DNA of 64,000 nucleotides. It comes from the human T2T-CHM13v2.0 reference genome, Homo sapiens. Positions 1 through 15,032 of the stretch are shown piece by piece. Where the stretch lies: NCBI RefSeq assembly GCF_009914755.1, contig NC_060925.1, one strand, 5' to 3'. Every line of letters begins with the position of its first letter. Position 1 is the stretch's first letter. The notes beneath the pieces are model-generated. The model made no database searches. It worked only from the letters and a program-made list of their open reading frames with translations, and was not told the origin of the DNA. The translations under genes were made by a program, and so were the position numbers.

Positions 1-1480
<1,480 letters not shown>

Positions 1481-2137
1481 AGTTAGACCAAGAAGATCAC
1501 TTCCGTCTCCTGGGGACGGCACTAATTCAAAGCTGGCTGCCCGTGCCTGTGAGGGTCAGTGTCCAGTTCTGTCTTATTCCCACGCTGTGATCTCGGGCCC
1601 CAGCTGAAAGCTGGGAGCGTTCAGCAGGCACCTTCCTCCTTGACATGTTCCGAGCATAGGTTTTTGTGCCTCTGTCCCAGGAGAGTGCCAAAAGCTCTGC
1701 TGAGTTTCTCAGCTCAATAGCCTCTCTTTTGTTCCGGAACTGGCTGCTGCCCTGCAGGGAAGTGTTGGTCTAAGTGCTGGGTCCGCCTCTCTCGGACTTT
1801 CTCTTTGTGGCCTTTCACATTCTCACTGCCTTGGCCATTATTCTCTGCCTTCAGACGTGTTTTTGTTCTTGTCTTTTTCTGTTTTGTCCGGCTCTTCTCA
1901 TTATTTTCACTGAAAACTTTGGTCCAAGCAATGGTCAGCCCCTCCCCACTTTGCTTTCCATCCCCAGACTCCCTCCTTCCAGGCCTCTTCCCTTCACACC
2001 TACATAGTCCAAACACTGTGGATGCGTGATGTCGCCGACCTCCTTGCTGCCAGCCTGTGCCCATCCTCCCCAACCATACACCACCAAGTAGCACTGCCTT
2101 GCACATGTCACCCTCCTACTTAAAAGCCTGCCATGGA

Positions 2138-2443
2138 GGCTGGACATGGCGGCTCACCCCTGTAATCTCAGTGCTTTGGGAGGCCGATGCAGGAGGATTG
2201 CTTGAGGCCAGGAGTTTGAGACCAGCCTGGGCAACATGGCAAGACAGACCCCGTCTCTATACAAAATAAAACAACTAGCCAGGCAAAGTGGCATGTGCCT
2301 GTAGGTCTGACTATGAGAGTGGCTGAGGAGGGAGGATCACTGGAGCCCTGAAGTTTGAGGCTGTAGTGAGCTATGATTGCATCACTTTACTCAAGCCTGG
2401 GTGACAGAGCAAGACCCTGTCTAAATTATAAAAAAGAAAAAAA
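2138..2443 (+). mobile_element. AluJ
   Basis: Dimeric Alu with J-type GGAGGATTGCTTGAGGCCAGGAG and GCTATGATTGC, plus an A tail. Confidence 0.9.
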
Positions 2444-2526
2444 GCCTACAATAATTTTGAGCAGCCTACAGGGTAAAGCCTTCTTTTCCAAGCCTTGAAC
2501 TCGAGCACTTCAAAAAGATGCTTCCT

Positions 2527-2847
2527 GGCTGGGCACGGCGGCTCATGCCTGTAATCCCGGCACTTTGGGAGGCCAAGGTGGGCGGATCACAAGGTCAGGA
2601 GTTCAAGACCAGCCTTACCAATATGGTGAAACCCCCATCTCTACTAAAAATACAAAAAAAAAAAAAAAAAGAAAAAAGAAAAAAATTTAGCCAGGCATCA
2701 TGGTGTGTGTGCCTGTAGTCTCAGCTACTCAGGAGGCCAAGGCAGGAGAATTGCTTGAACCTGTGGGTGGAGGTTGCAATGAGCCGAGATTGCGCCACTG
2801 CATTCCAGCCTGGGTGACAGAGAGAGACTCTGTCTCAAAAAAAAAAA
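2527..2847 (+). mobile_element. AluS (Sg-like) with expanded middle A-rich linker
   Basis: Full dimer; TSD AAAAAGATGCTTCC at 2512-2525 and 2843-2856. Confidence 0.92.
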
Positions 2848-3329
2848 GATGCTTCCCCTCTACCCCAATGCTGCCATGCCACTGCCCTCACTTTCTACCT
2901 CCTCCCTAAAGCAGCCCTCCTTCTAGCTCCATGGGTTTACGTGCAGTTCTCAGAATGCACTGAAGGCTCTTCTGTCTCTGAGCCTTTTCCCCTCTGCTCT
3001 TCTGCCTCTAATACCCCTCCCCATCTCTTAGTTGCTTTAGCCCTGCCTTTCTCTTACAACCGATTCAGGTCCCTTTGTCCGTGAAGTTGTGACTTCCATA
3101 CCCTGTGACACTCCTAGGGTCCCTGGAGTGCCTTCCTGTTGCCTTTGAATGGTAAAACATCAACCTTGAGCTCTTCACTGATTCATCTGTGAGTTGCCTT
3201 TTCATGCCCCACCAACCAGCTGGCTGCTCCTCACAGAAGTCATCCCTGAACCCCGTTTGCAGGCTTATCACTAGCAATGACAGATGCTCAGCTGGTGAAG
3301 TAAGTACTCTGGATGGTGGCGACTCTGGT

Positions 3330-3735
3330 GGTGGTTAGAGTTGTCTGTCAAGCGTGTCTCGCTCTCTGCTGTCGAAGCTCAGGGCGGCTACACTCCCCTT
3401 CCTTTCTGAAGTGAAGCAGGGCTGTGGTACCAACTTCGGCCAATGGAATAGGGGTAGCAGGAATGCGTATTCCTTCAAGGCAGAGGGTTTATAAGCCTGT
3501 GCACGGTTTGCTGCCCCCAACCCCCAGCCCGGGTTCTCTCTTTATTTCCTGTTGGGAATCTTGGAAATACAGGTCAAGATGGAGCCTTCTTCACCCTGGC
3601 TCCATGAATATCGACACAAAACAGAAAGCACACCAACCACATTGGTCACATGGCATGAGTGAAAAATCGACTTTTAATCCGATAAGCCACAGAGAGAGGG
3701 TTTGATTGTGTCTGTGACCGCAGCCTACCTCACCT
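3330..3735 (+). mobile_element. Old MaLR LTR (MLT1-type)
   Basis: GGCCAATGGAAT, CAAGATGGAG and a 3' end resembling TAAGCCAC..GAGA..TTG..ACCGCAGC. Heavily diverged; ends approximate. Confidence 0.5.
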
Positions 3736-4498
3736 CCCGCACCTCATGTGATGCTGCCAGAGATGGTGAGGAGGGGGCTGCTGCTGCTGCTGCTGGTGGA
3801 GGAGATGATGAACAGAAGTCAGTAGAGGCGTGGCTCTCACTTCCCATCATGTCACTTGGTCCCCCTTTGCCCATAGCCAGAAGAAAAGATCTTGCCTCTA
3901 AATTGTCATAAAAGTCTGCCTAAATAAAGAGGGAACAAAATTTGAGGCAGTAGTTCCCAAACTTGTTCACACAGGAAACAACTTAAAATTGCAGAACCAT
4001 TTTCTCTTTGGATGATTCCCGAAGACAGCAGTAATGAAAGCTACCTCGGGACACTTGCTTACACCCCAGGTGCCTTCTTCATTATCTGGAACCTTTACAG
4101 CAACTTGGCAAGGTGGATGCCATAAGTTCCCATTTTCCAGGAAGGAGCAAAAAGTTTCCAGAGGACAGGTGGCCTGCGTGGAGCCAGGGAGTTGGTGGTC
4201 CGTGGGGATGCTGGTCTCTGATGGGGAACTGTTGGCTCCAAAGCCCAGCAGCAGTTCCGTCATTCTGAGTCCCAATTTTAGTATATGAACTAGGAATGAA
4301 ACAGCCAGCAGGGACCATTTCTGTATTCTAAGTATCTCTATCAAATTGAGAGTAGATGAGCCCATTAAAAATAAACTATTGAACTCAACATAATTAGCTG
4401 CATATAATTTTATATTAATTTACTCCTATTTCATTTATTTTGTTTTCTGCTACCTCTTCTTAGCAAACAATTAGTAGAAGCACAAAAGTTTCAAAAAC

Positions 4499-4795
<297 letters not shown>

Positions 4796-4838
4796 GTTTC
4801 AAAAGCGTTTTATAGGAGGAATTTAAACATAGAGAATG

Positions 4839-4841
<3 letters not shown>

Positions 4842-4880
<39 letters not shown>
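4842..4880. repeat. (TG)19 microsatellite occupying the tail position of the adjacent Alu
   Basis: Perfect TG run directly abutting the Alu 3' end. Confidence 0.97.
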
Positions 4881-5162
<282 letters not shown>

Positions 5163-5290
5163 CCTGTTTTATGTGTTAATTCAATTTTAGCTTGATTTCG
5201 AGTAAAATCCCTCTATTATTCCATTCTAGCCCAGGGACCTCCTTGGGTGAGGCCCGGGGACTATGGGAGCACCACTTAAGAACCACTAGT

Positions 5291-5334
5291 ACTTAAAGTA
5301 TAATAATAAACCAAACCAAAACAAAACAAAACAA
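5291..5334 (+). mobile_element. Extremely 5'-truncated L1PA insertion
   Basis: ACTTAAAGTATAATAATAAA (L1PA 3' terminus) plus an A/C tail, between perfect TSDs AAGAACCACTAGTA at 5278-5291 and 5335-5348. Confidence 0.8.
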
Positions 5335-5734
5335 AAGAACCACTAGTAAGGCACCTCCATCACCCCCTCCACCCCAACTCTGACCTCACTTCTTCAGAGC
5401 ACTTCCTCTCAAGCTCCAGTGGAAGGCAATTGGGCCATTTGGTGAAAGTCAGCCCTTAGCTTCTTGGAGAAGGTCCACAGGGAATGGGCAGCTTGAACTG
5501 AGACTTTTTTGTGATGTTAAACCCTGGGGATCCTCTAACTGGGCCATTAGCTCATTTCACAAGTACCGTAAGGGTCAGAGAATTTCTAAACTCCTGACCC
5601 AAGAGCAGAACTGATGGCCTGGCCTCCTTCCTGTCTTGCTTTTCGCTCTCTGAGAATCTTATTTTATGCACCTAGCCATTATGCCACACGCTTGTGGCAG
5701 TTTTCATACCAGGTTCTATAGAGAGGTCATCAAT

Positions 5735-5945
5735 ATGGTGTCTGACTCTGCAGTCAGGCGAACAGGCATTCACGTACTTACCCTGCCTCTTATCTACCTG
5801 TGTGCCCTTGGACAAGTTATGGGGCCTATTTAAGCCTCAGTAATCTTTTAGTTAAAATGAGGGATACGATTATTTGGAATATTTTGAATATTCAACTAAA
5901 TAATACCTTTGTAATATTGAATACTCAATGAATGTTAACTATAAT
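5735..5945 (+). mobile_element. MIR
   Basis: MIR core-like TGTGTGCCCTTGGACAAGTTA..AAGCCTCAGT..TAAAATGAGG. Confidence 0.7.
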
Positions 5946-7539
5946 TTTAATATTGTTAAACTCTCAGAAAGTATCCAGTGACCAGTTTAAAATTCTTGCT
6001 TTCTGCTTATTATGTAACAGGCTTGATTTAAAAACTTATTCATCCATTCATTCAACAAATGCCTGGTGAGCACACAGCCAGGCACTGTGCAGCCCACACG
6101 CCTGCATCCGCACATCGAGGGCTCATAGTTTCATGCGCTCCTTCTGTGTGCATCCAACATAGGGGTGAGGTGCACACCTCCGGGCCATATTGGTTCAGGC
6201 CCTAAAGTTACTGGTTATCAAGTCATGGGCAACAATGGCAAGTTTTCACCAAATTCCACCTGTGGAATTTGACAGAATTAGATCCAAGGTGAGGGTCTTT
6301 AAGACCCGAAACCCATGACATGTGTGCTTGATGACATGTGACGTAAGTCCCATTCCTGTGGCATGTGTGCACGATGGAACGGCCTCTCAGGGACTATTCC
6401 CCACCTGCTCTAGAGACTTCACTCTGGTTTCCCTTCATTTCTTCCTGCCTAGAGGTCTCATTGCAGTTCTGGCTTTTGTCTAAGGTCCAAGGGTATGACC
6501 TTGAATCTCTGTCTCCCTGTTCCTATAAATGAAGCTTCTGGGGCGTTTACTCTGTCTCAGTCTGCTCTGTATTGAACTGAATTTATTTGCTCAGGAGAAA
6601 TTGTTATGAGACCAATGGAAGAAACTAGTGGAGCTGATCATGAGCCCTGATTCTCAACATTATTCCTGGGACCTGTGTTCCCAGCTCCCCACCCCACTGC
6701 CTATCAGCCTTCATCCTGTCCTCCCTCTGAGCAACTCCCAGTGCAGCTCTCTCACACCCACCTGGGTGTGGACACCAGGAGAATCCAACTAAAGCACCCA
6801 TTTCCCCACCCCTCTCCCTGGGGGATTTTCATCAGTACTAATATTTCCATTAGGGAAATATTAATGAAGTAACATTAGGTCTCCAAGTGACCTCTGTGCC
6901 TCAGTTTTGTCAGAGGTTTTTTGGGTTTTCTTTTTCCCTTTCTCCCCAGAAGTCGAGCTCAGCTTGACACTAAGCTCATCATTCTCTGGGCTGATGCAGC
7001 ATTTGTGTCTGATGTTGATCTCCCCCTTCTGTTTCCTATGAGGAGCCTCAGGGTGGGGTGAGTGCTGGTGAGGCGCAGGGCAGGTGTGGATGCTTGAGCA
7101 GCCCCTGGTATCGGCTCAGCCCGAAGAAGCCTGAGTGATAAGAGAGATGCCTGGGGGGTTCCCCCTACAGCCCCTCTTGCTCACCTGACAGGATGGCAGG
7201 AGAGACAGGGTTGGGGTGGACATGGGAACACCTGCCACCCCAGGCTCGGCATCACAGAAGCTCAGCATGTCCGCCAGAGGCTTGCTGGCTCTGAAGTCAC
7301 CGTGGAAACCACTCTTCCAGCTTTCTCCCGAGGGGCTCTCTGGCTGCACCTCAACTGAGTCTCACCTAATAATCTCTTATTGAAAACACCTGGTTTCACT
7401 CTCGGTGCTGAAGACAAGCCCAGGGAGCCTCACACCCACGACAGCCAGAGATGAGAGGAGGGAAAGGCTCTTCAGGGAGCAGGAGCGTGGGAAAAGGTGT
7501 GGCCCAAGAGGGGAAGCAGCCCACTCTGGAAGGCATTGA

Positions 7540-7665
7540 CTTTGGGGTTCAGTTTGCTCTCTCTGCTCCTGCGTGACTTTGGGCTGTCACTTCTTAGAAT
7601 GTTAGTGTTCCCATCTGTACGATGGGGCAACTCATGTTGTGCTGTTAGAGTTAAATGAGATAGTG
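7540..7665 (+). mobile_element. MIR
   Basis: GTGACTTTGGGC..TCACTT..TTCCCATCTGTA..ATGGGG..GAGTTAAATGAGATA. Confidence 0.65.
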
Positions 7666-7725
7666 CAGACCCTCCTGAAGAATGAAAAGAATGAGATAGT
7701 GCAGACCCTCCTGAAGAATGAAAAG
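7654..7725. repeat. Perfect 36-bp tandem duplication
   Basis: AATGAGATAGTGCAGACCCTCCTGAAGAATGAAAAG at 7654-7689 and 7690-7725. Confidence 0.97.
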
Positions 7726-8589
7726 AAAAGAAAAGAAAGGAAGAAAAAAAAAAGAAAAGAAGAGAGGCTGCCCCATAAACCCCAGTGGTCTTGGCCAGCT
7801 GACACATGGCCGTCACTGAGCAGAGAGAATCGACAAGAAGGAAAGAGACACCAGGGAAAGAGCCCAGTGGGGAATGAAAGGCGTCCATGACGAGATGCTT
7901 TAGAAGACACAGAAAGGCAAGCCCAGGCCTCTTCTGCCTAACAAAAGCTATGGCACACCATACCTTGGCCAGGGAGTTAGCTCTCCTGACTTCCTGCCCT
8001 CCCTTGGGCCTGGGCTCTGCTCCCTGCCTTCCCTGGCCTCAGCTTCCAGCCCAGTCCAAGAGCACAGGACTGGAAGGGGCTGAACCACTGTCATCTGAGC
8101 CCCCATGTTCCTGAGGCCCCAGGGCGCTAGTTCTATAGTAGTCCGACATGTACATGGCTCCAAGCCCTGCCTAGGCTCGGAAGCCTCTGTCCTTTTTCAG
8201 AGCTCTGGGCTTCCTGCCTATGCTCCCTTCCTTATGCCCCATTCCAGCCAGGGGGAACCAAATGCTGGAGACAGCGGAGGGCCAGGGATGGAGACAGTGT
8301 GCCCCGCTGTGCTCTTGGAGGCCTGCATTCATCTGCACAGGGAGCACTGAGGGCCCTGCCTCCCACCTGCCCCTCCCCACCTCCTTGTCCCTGCCGCCTC
8401 CCCTTCCCTCTCTTTGGCCCACTGCACACAGCACACACCAAACCTGATTTTCATGTCCAAAAGCCTCCTGTACTGCTCATGGCCTAGTTCCATTTCTGGG
8501 TTTCATTAGTTCCCTGTCACCCATGTGGGGAAAGGAGAGCTGCAGACCATCATGCCGGTCATTTACTGGGCAGGCAGGAGATGCTTTGA

Positions 8590-8882
<293 letters not shown>

Positions 8883-10344
8883 TAAATACATTATTATCTC
8901 ATTCATTCATTCATTCACTCATTCACTCATTCGTTCCAAATGCCTTTTCGTTGCTTTGCCTGGTTCTGGGTGCCATGACAGAGACTTGTCCAGGATTCTT
9001 TAGGGCTGAGAGCCCTAAGTTGCTCCCGTGTTAAAGACATAGACAGCACCCAAAACGTGGAGTTCAGAGATGAGTAACCTGCCCAGGTTGAAGTGACACT
9101 CTGAAAGATGCCCTCATGGAATTTATTCAGAGCTCGAGACCTGGCTTTCCGGTAGCAGTTTGGTTCTCTGCAGGTGGCATGCAGTGCTGGGCTTGTGGAG
9201 AGTTTCTCTGAAGCTCCTGGGGGACTCCTGTCTATTCCCACAGACTCTCCTCTCCCAGCTGGGCAGCATCTGGTTGTCCCTGTGGTGTCTTGTGGTGTGG
9301 TCCTGAAGACATGGCCCCGATGGAGAGTTGTTCATACCACAGTCCAAGCTCTATTAATAAAACACTGCTCAGACGTACTGTCATTGAAGACCATCAATAA
9401 GTGATTTCTCTAAACCTGCCACACAGTTACTGGCACCATCTTCCCAAACACAGACCAGTCCTGTGACTGCCCCTGACATCCTGAGATGGTTAGGATGAAG
9501 AAGACAGACATGCATGTGGCCTGCAAATTGAGGCTAGGGTGGAAGCCCATGTGTGTGTATTATGATGTAGTGTGTGTGTGTGACGGCGTGCAGTATATGT
9601 ATAGTCTCAGAAGAGTCATCTCACCCCTTGGTCTCAGGGTCGCCATCCATGTCTGTGATTCTTCAAACCCAGGTATTTTTATTTTTATATTTAAATGCTA
9701 ATCAGAAGCATAGGTCACATTTCACACAGAAGAATCTGAATCCCACTTCTGAGCCCCGCTGCTTATTCCTCTGTGATACCTGGCACCAAGAAATGGTGTT
9801 CCCTGTTTCCGACAGGCAGCTCTAACACCTACCTACTGGCTTAGGTGCTTTTTGTTTCTAATTGAATTGCCACTGGAAAACCCACGCCCAAGCTTGTGAT
9901 CTAAATCTGTTTTGTTTTCTTCGTTTCTGTCCTTTTCTGAAAGGCTGTGGATTTTCCGTGTAAATTACACCTTTTTCTTTTTAAGCTGATTCCTTTTAGG
10001 GCTGTGATGACAGGATCGCCTCCTTACTCCTTAAGATCATTCCACTGTCCCCTGGATTTCTGGTCCGCAGGGCTGGGGGAGGAGAGGAGAAGGGAGAGGA
10101 AACGGGGAGGGAGTGCTGGCCCCACCTGCTCCTGCCTGGTTCTTCACCCACTCCACACCCACATCTGCTCTCTTCCTGGCCTTCATCTAAAGGAGCCCGC
10201 AAGGAAGAGTGTGGCGAACATTCATTCTTGACTGTAACGGATAAGGAGACTTTATCTGCAAACGTACAGAGGTTTTATATAAGGGTCAAGGCCTCAATTT
10301 AAAAGAAAATATCTCTAGAGATTTTCAGGCCTTGAAAGCTTTGT

Positions 10345-10812
10345 ATGTGGGGAAGGTATGTTTGTGTGTGTGTGCTATGGTGTGTTGTGTGTGTGTGTGT
10401 ATGTTAGGGTATGGATGTATATGTGTATTATGTGGAATGTGTGTGTTATGGTGAGAGGTATGTGCCTATGTGTTATGGGAAGGTGTGTGTGTGCTGTGGT
10501 GGGGGTATGCGTGTGTGTATGTGTTGTGGTATGGGGGGGGTGTATGTAATGTGTTGGGCATGAGGTGTGTGTTAAGATGTGAAGTGTGTATTAGAATGTG
10601 GAGTGTGTGTCTTATAATGTGCGTGTTATGGTGTGGGATATGTACTGTGGTGTGGGGTGTGTATTTTGTTTGTGTGTGTGATGGTGTGTGTTTTTTGGGG
10701 TGGGGTGTGGGATGTGTGTTATGCCGTGGGGAGTGTGTGTGTTATGGTGTGCAGTGTGGTGTATGGGTATGGTGTAGGGTGCGTGTGTGTTGGTGGGGTG
10801 GGTCAGGGTGGG
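10345..10812. repeat. Degenerate GT-rich low-complexity tract
   Basis: About 470 bp of interrupted TG repeats ending in a four-G-run G4 motif (GGGGTGGGTCAGGGTGGG). Confidence 0.92.
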
Positions 10813-12519
10813 AGATGAAGGTAGTAGGAAGAAGGTTTTCTTTAGCCCTGGAAATCAAAGCATCTTCGTTCATTAAACATTCATTGTGCACTTATGTGCC
10901 AGGAGTGAAGTATAAACACTGGCGATTTAGGAATGAAATCCTACCCTCATTTTGTGCCCAATTAGTAAGACCATTAGAGCCTCTTGTGACATTTAGGTTT
11001 TTTGTTTGTTTGTTTTAAATTTACATGTTAATTGCTTTACTTGGAAACAATTCTGGAATTCTGCTTTCTGGCATCAAGAGAGCACTTAGAAGTTCTTCCT
11101 AAAGACACTTACAAGGTCCTTCATTCAATCAACAATCATGCACTACAAGCCACTGAATGCCCAAGTGTGCCCTAGTCTGCACATAGCCTATATGCTACGT
11201 GCAGCAGGCAACAAGACAAATGGGAGGTAGCTGTGCTACCCTCAGAACTAACAGGAATGTGGATGGCCCCAGGGAAGCTCACTGGCCAGCCCTGCTCTCT
11301 GCTTCCTGTCCCCAGACAATCTGTGTTCCCAAAGCTTGCTTCCATCCCTTGCTAAGCAGCTAGCTGTCAAATCTCCATGTCCTCCACTCTTTCCCCGGGT
11401 AAGGAAAGCTCTTCCAGGGACCCTGGAAAAGCATGTCCCAGCCAGCAGCCTGCCTTCTCTCTGCTCAGTGTCTTCCAGGTTGTTTGGCCTCACTTGTGCC
11501 TCGGCCGCTTTTGCTCTGCCCTGGTTTGCTGACGCAGCGTGTCAGGAGTGAGTCTGGCCCAATGCCTAATCTCAGCCAAATGTTTGACTCCGGCTCAGTT
11601 CCCAAAGGTTCCCTGGAGGGAAAGCAGAGTAACAAGTGAGACCCATCAAGGCATTTTCTCTGGAGGGAAGCTTGTGGCGACCTTCAGGTGCGGTACAACA
11701 CCACACAGCCTCTGGGTTCCACCCAGAGCTAGCTGAGAAGTGACCATCTCGGGGACACTTTGCATTTCCAGATGGTGACTGTAGTGGCCACCTTCCAAAC
11801 TCACTGCTATGAAGCACCAGCTTGTCAGCCTCTGGACTCACCCCTAGCAGAGCTTCCGCCTTTCCTGAGCCCAGTGGGGTCAGACACCTGGCAAAGGAAG
11901 GAAAAAAGGGCGCAGGTGTGTGTCTGCCAGGGGGCTGCACAGCGTGGATTCCAGGATGCTGTTCTGCTCCTTGTGCAGGAGTTGAGTCGGGGATGGGTAG
12001 GTAGAGGGCTGGGGCAGAAGTGAGGGGTGCCGATGCTTAGTGGAGGGACCAGGTGCCAGGCACCACTCTGTGCCACACCACCCACCGCAGCACGCAGTGG
12101 AGTTTGGGTCTTCAGCTTTGTAGATACCCAAATGGGAGGGTTCTGCTTTTGCATCCTCCCTCGTGCAGCACCAGGTCAGTGCGCTGATGAGGCCAGTCGG
12201 GGCTGGGGCCCCCTCCTGCAGGGGAAGTGGAGGAAGGGACAGTTAGTGTATGGGAAGATGGGTTGCAGCCCAGTGGGGGAAGGGACTGGAAGTTGTTGGA
12301 GCAGAAGAAGTTGAGAGGAATCAGCACTACTCTCCCTAGCTATCAATTTAACTCTTTCATTGATACGTTAACTCACATACTTATCCAACAAGCATCTGCT
12401 GAAGCCAGACACATTGTAGGCACTGAGGGAAAATGCCAGCCCTCTAGATCAGGGCTTTCAACTTTTAAAATCATAATCCACAATATACTGTAAGACATAG
12501 CTTTTACGTGGTGATCCAG

Positions 12520-12722
12520 CGCACATACAACTATTCACACACAGAGACACATGCAGACACACACACATCCACACAGACACACACGCATTCACAGAGACAC
12601 ATAATACACAGACACACACATTCACACACACACTCACACAGACCCACACACAAACACACATTTGCACACACCCATTCACACAGAGACATATACAGACACA
12701 CAGAAACACACATTTGCACAGA
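12520..12722. repeat. Degenerate CA-rich low-complexity tract
   Basis: Interrupted (CA)n/(CAGA)n. Confidence 0.92.
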
Positions 12723-13583
12723 CAGAAGAAACAAAAGTTCTACAAAACAAGCTGGTCCATACCATGCGTGACGCATCTTGATATGTTCTCTTCTTTCATG
12801 CTGATCACCACACACTATGGGCCCTTCAGCATTCTGAAGAATGCTGCTCAAGCCAACAGTTTCATCAGGATGAGAACCATGTGCACAGATATTTACAGCT
12901 CTAGGTTCTGCAGTAGAGGTTTCTCCTGAGCTGGGAACTGGAGCAGGGAGGCTGGGAGGGGCCACCTGGCTCAGCTGGAGCAAGTGATGAAGGGCGACCC
13001 AGGCCATCTGACAGAGGAGGTAGAGCTGGGTGCCGCAAGCCAGCTGGAGGTCTGGGGAAAGGCACCCAGTTATGCGTGGAGGGAAGACTTGGCCCAGAGC
13101 TTCCTTCGGATCTTTACTACTTAATTCTTAGAAAGCCCAGTGCTTCTCGGGTCCCCAAGGCCTCAGCACGGGATTCCAGTCTCCTGTGGAATGTTTGTTA
13201 TTTTGGCTGTGTTTAGATAGAATGAACTGTTCACATAAGTATCATTAAATTATGCATAATAGACATCACATATCAGCCCTCTAGCTGATATTGAGCTATA
13301 CAGTCATGCACTGCATAAAGATGTTTTGTCAATGACAGGCCACATGTATGACAGTGGTCTCATAAGATTATAATGAAGCTGAAAGATTCCTCTTGCCTAG
13401 TGACGTCACAGTGGTCATAACATTGTAGTTCAATGCATGACTCCCATGTTTGGGCGATGTTGGTGTAAACAAACCTACTGTGCTGCCAGTTACATAAAAG
13501 CACAGCACATGCAAGTGTGTACAGTACATAATACTTGATAATGATAATAAATGGCGACATTCCTCCCTTGTGTATTTACTATA

Positions 13584-13993
13584 TGCTATAATTTGGATGT
13601 TTGTCTCCCCAAACCTCATGTTGAAATTTGATCCCCAATGTTGAGGCCCAATAGGAGGTGTCTGGGTCATGGGGGAGGATCCCTCACAAATGGCTTGGTG
13701 CCCTCCTTGCAGTAATGAGTGTTTCTCATTCTATTCCTTCTGTTGAGGGCTGGTTGTTAGAAAGAGTCTGGTACCTTCCCCGTCTCTCTCTTGCTTCCTC
13801 TCTCACCAGGTAGTCTGCCCGTGCTGGTGCCCCTTCACCTTCCACCATGATTGGAAACAGCCAGAAGCTCAGCCGATGCCAGCACTGCACTTCTTATGCA
13901 GCCTGCAGAACAGACAGCCAAATAAACCTCTTTAAAAAAGCAAATTACCCAGCCTCAGGTATTACCTTATAGCAACACAAATTAATGAAGACA
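13584..13993 (+). mobile_element. MST (MSTB-like) MaLR solo LTR
   Basis: TGCTATAATTTGGATGTTTG...ATAGCAACAC..AAGACA; TG..CA ends; 5-bp TSD CTATA/CTATC. Confidence 0.88.
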
Positions 13994-14298
13994 CTATCTC
14001 ATTTTTTTATGATTATTTTAAAGTGTACTCCTTTTTCTTACAAAAAAATATTAAGCATAAAACAGCTTCTGGCAGGTGCTTCAGGAGACATCCAGAAGAA
14101 GGCATCTTCATCATGTGATATGACAGTTCCATGCGTGTTATTACCCTGAAGACTTCCCAGTGGCATGAGATGTGGTGATGAAAGACAGTGATATTGATGA
14201 TTCTGACCCTGTGTAGGCCTAGGCTAATGTGTGTGTTTATGTTTTAGTTTTTAACAAAAAAGTTTAAAAAGAAAGAAAAATAAAAAATTAAAATTTTT

Positions 14299-14600
14299 GA
14301 CTGGGCACAGTTCTCACACCCATAATCCCAGCACTTTGGGAGGCCAAGGCAGGAGGATAGCTTGAGGCCAGGAGTTTGAGACTAGCCTGGGCAATATAGG
14401 AAGACCTCATCTCTACAAAAAAAAAAAACAGCTAGGTGTGGTGGCATGCAACTGTAGTCCCAGCTACTCGGGAGGTTGACGTGGGAGGATCACTTGAGCG
14501 CAGGAGTTCGAGGCTGCAATGAGCTGTCATCGTGCCCCTGCACTCCAGCCTGGGCGACAGAACCAGACCCCATCTCTTTAAAAAAATGTAAATAAAAAAG
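14299..14600 (+). mobile_element. AluJ
   Basis: J-type GGAGGATAGCTTGAGGCCAGG and GGAGTTCGAGGCTGCA; A tail. Confidence 0.9.
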
Positions 14601-14720
14601 TTTATCAAATAGGAATATAAAGAAAGAAGATATTTTTGTACCACTGTACAATGTGTTAGTGTTTTAAGCTAAGTGCTATTAAAAAAGAGAAAAACAAATT
14701 TTAATTAAAAATTTTATAAA

Positions 14721-15032
<312 letters not shown>

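Noticed and set aside
3069-3299. Possible exon bounded by CAG and GAA/GTAAGT
   Set aside because: Stops in all three frames and only a moderate acceptor; no supporting evidence.
3702-3911. ORF with polyAla/Gly from a short (CTG)n run
   Set aside because: Short triplet run next to an MLT1 LTR; no exon evidence.
6250-6271. Inverted repeat CAAATTCCAC-CT-GTGGAATTTG
   Set aside because: A 10-bp stem is expected by chance about once in 64 kb and is too short for a pre-miRNA.
6839-6863. Hairpin TAATATTTCC-ATTAG-GGAAATATTA
   Set aside because: AT-rich 10-bp stem at chance level.
10358-11018. Cys/Val-rich ORFs up to 182 aa
   Set aside because: Artefact of the TG-rich repeat lacking stop codons.
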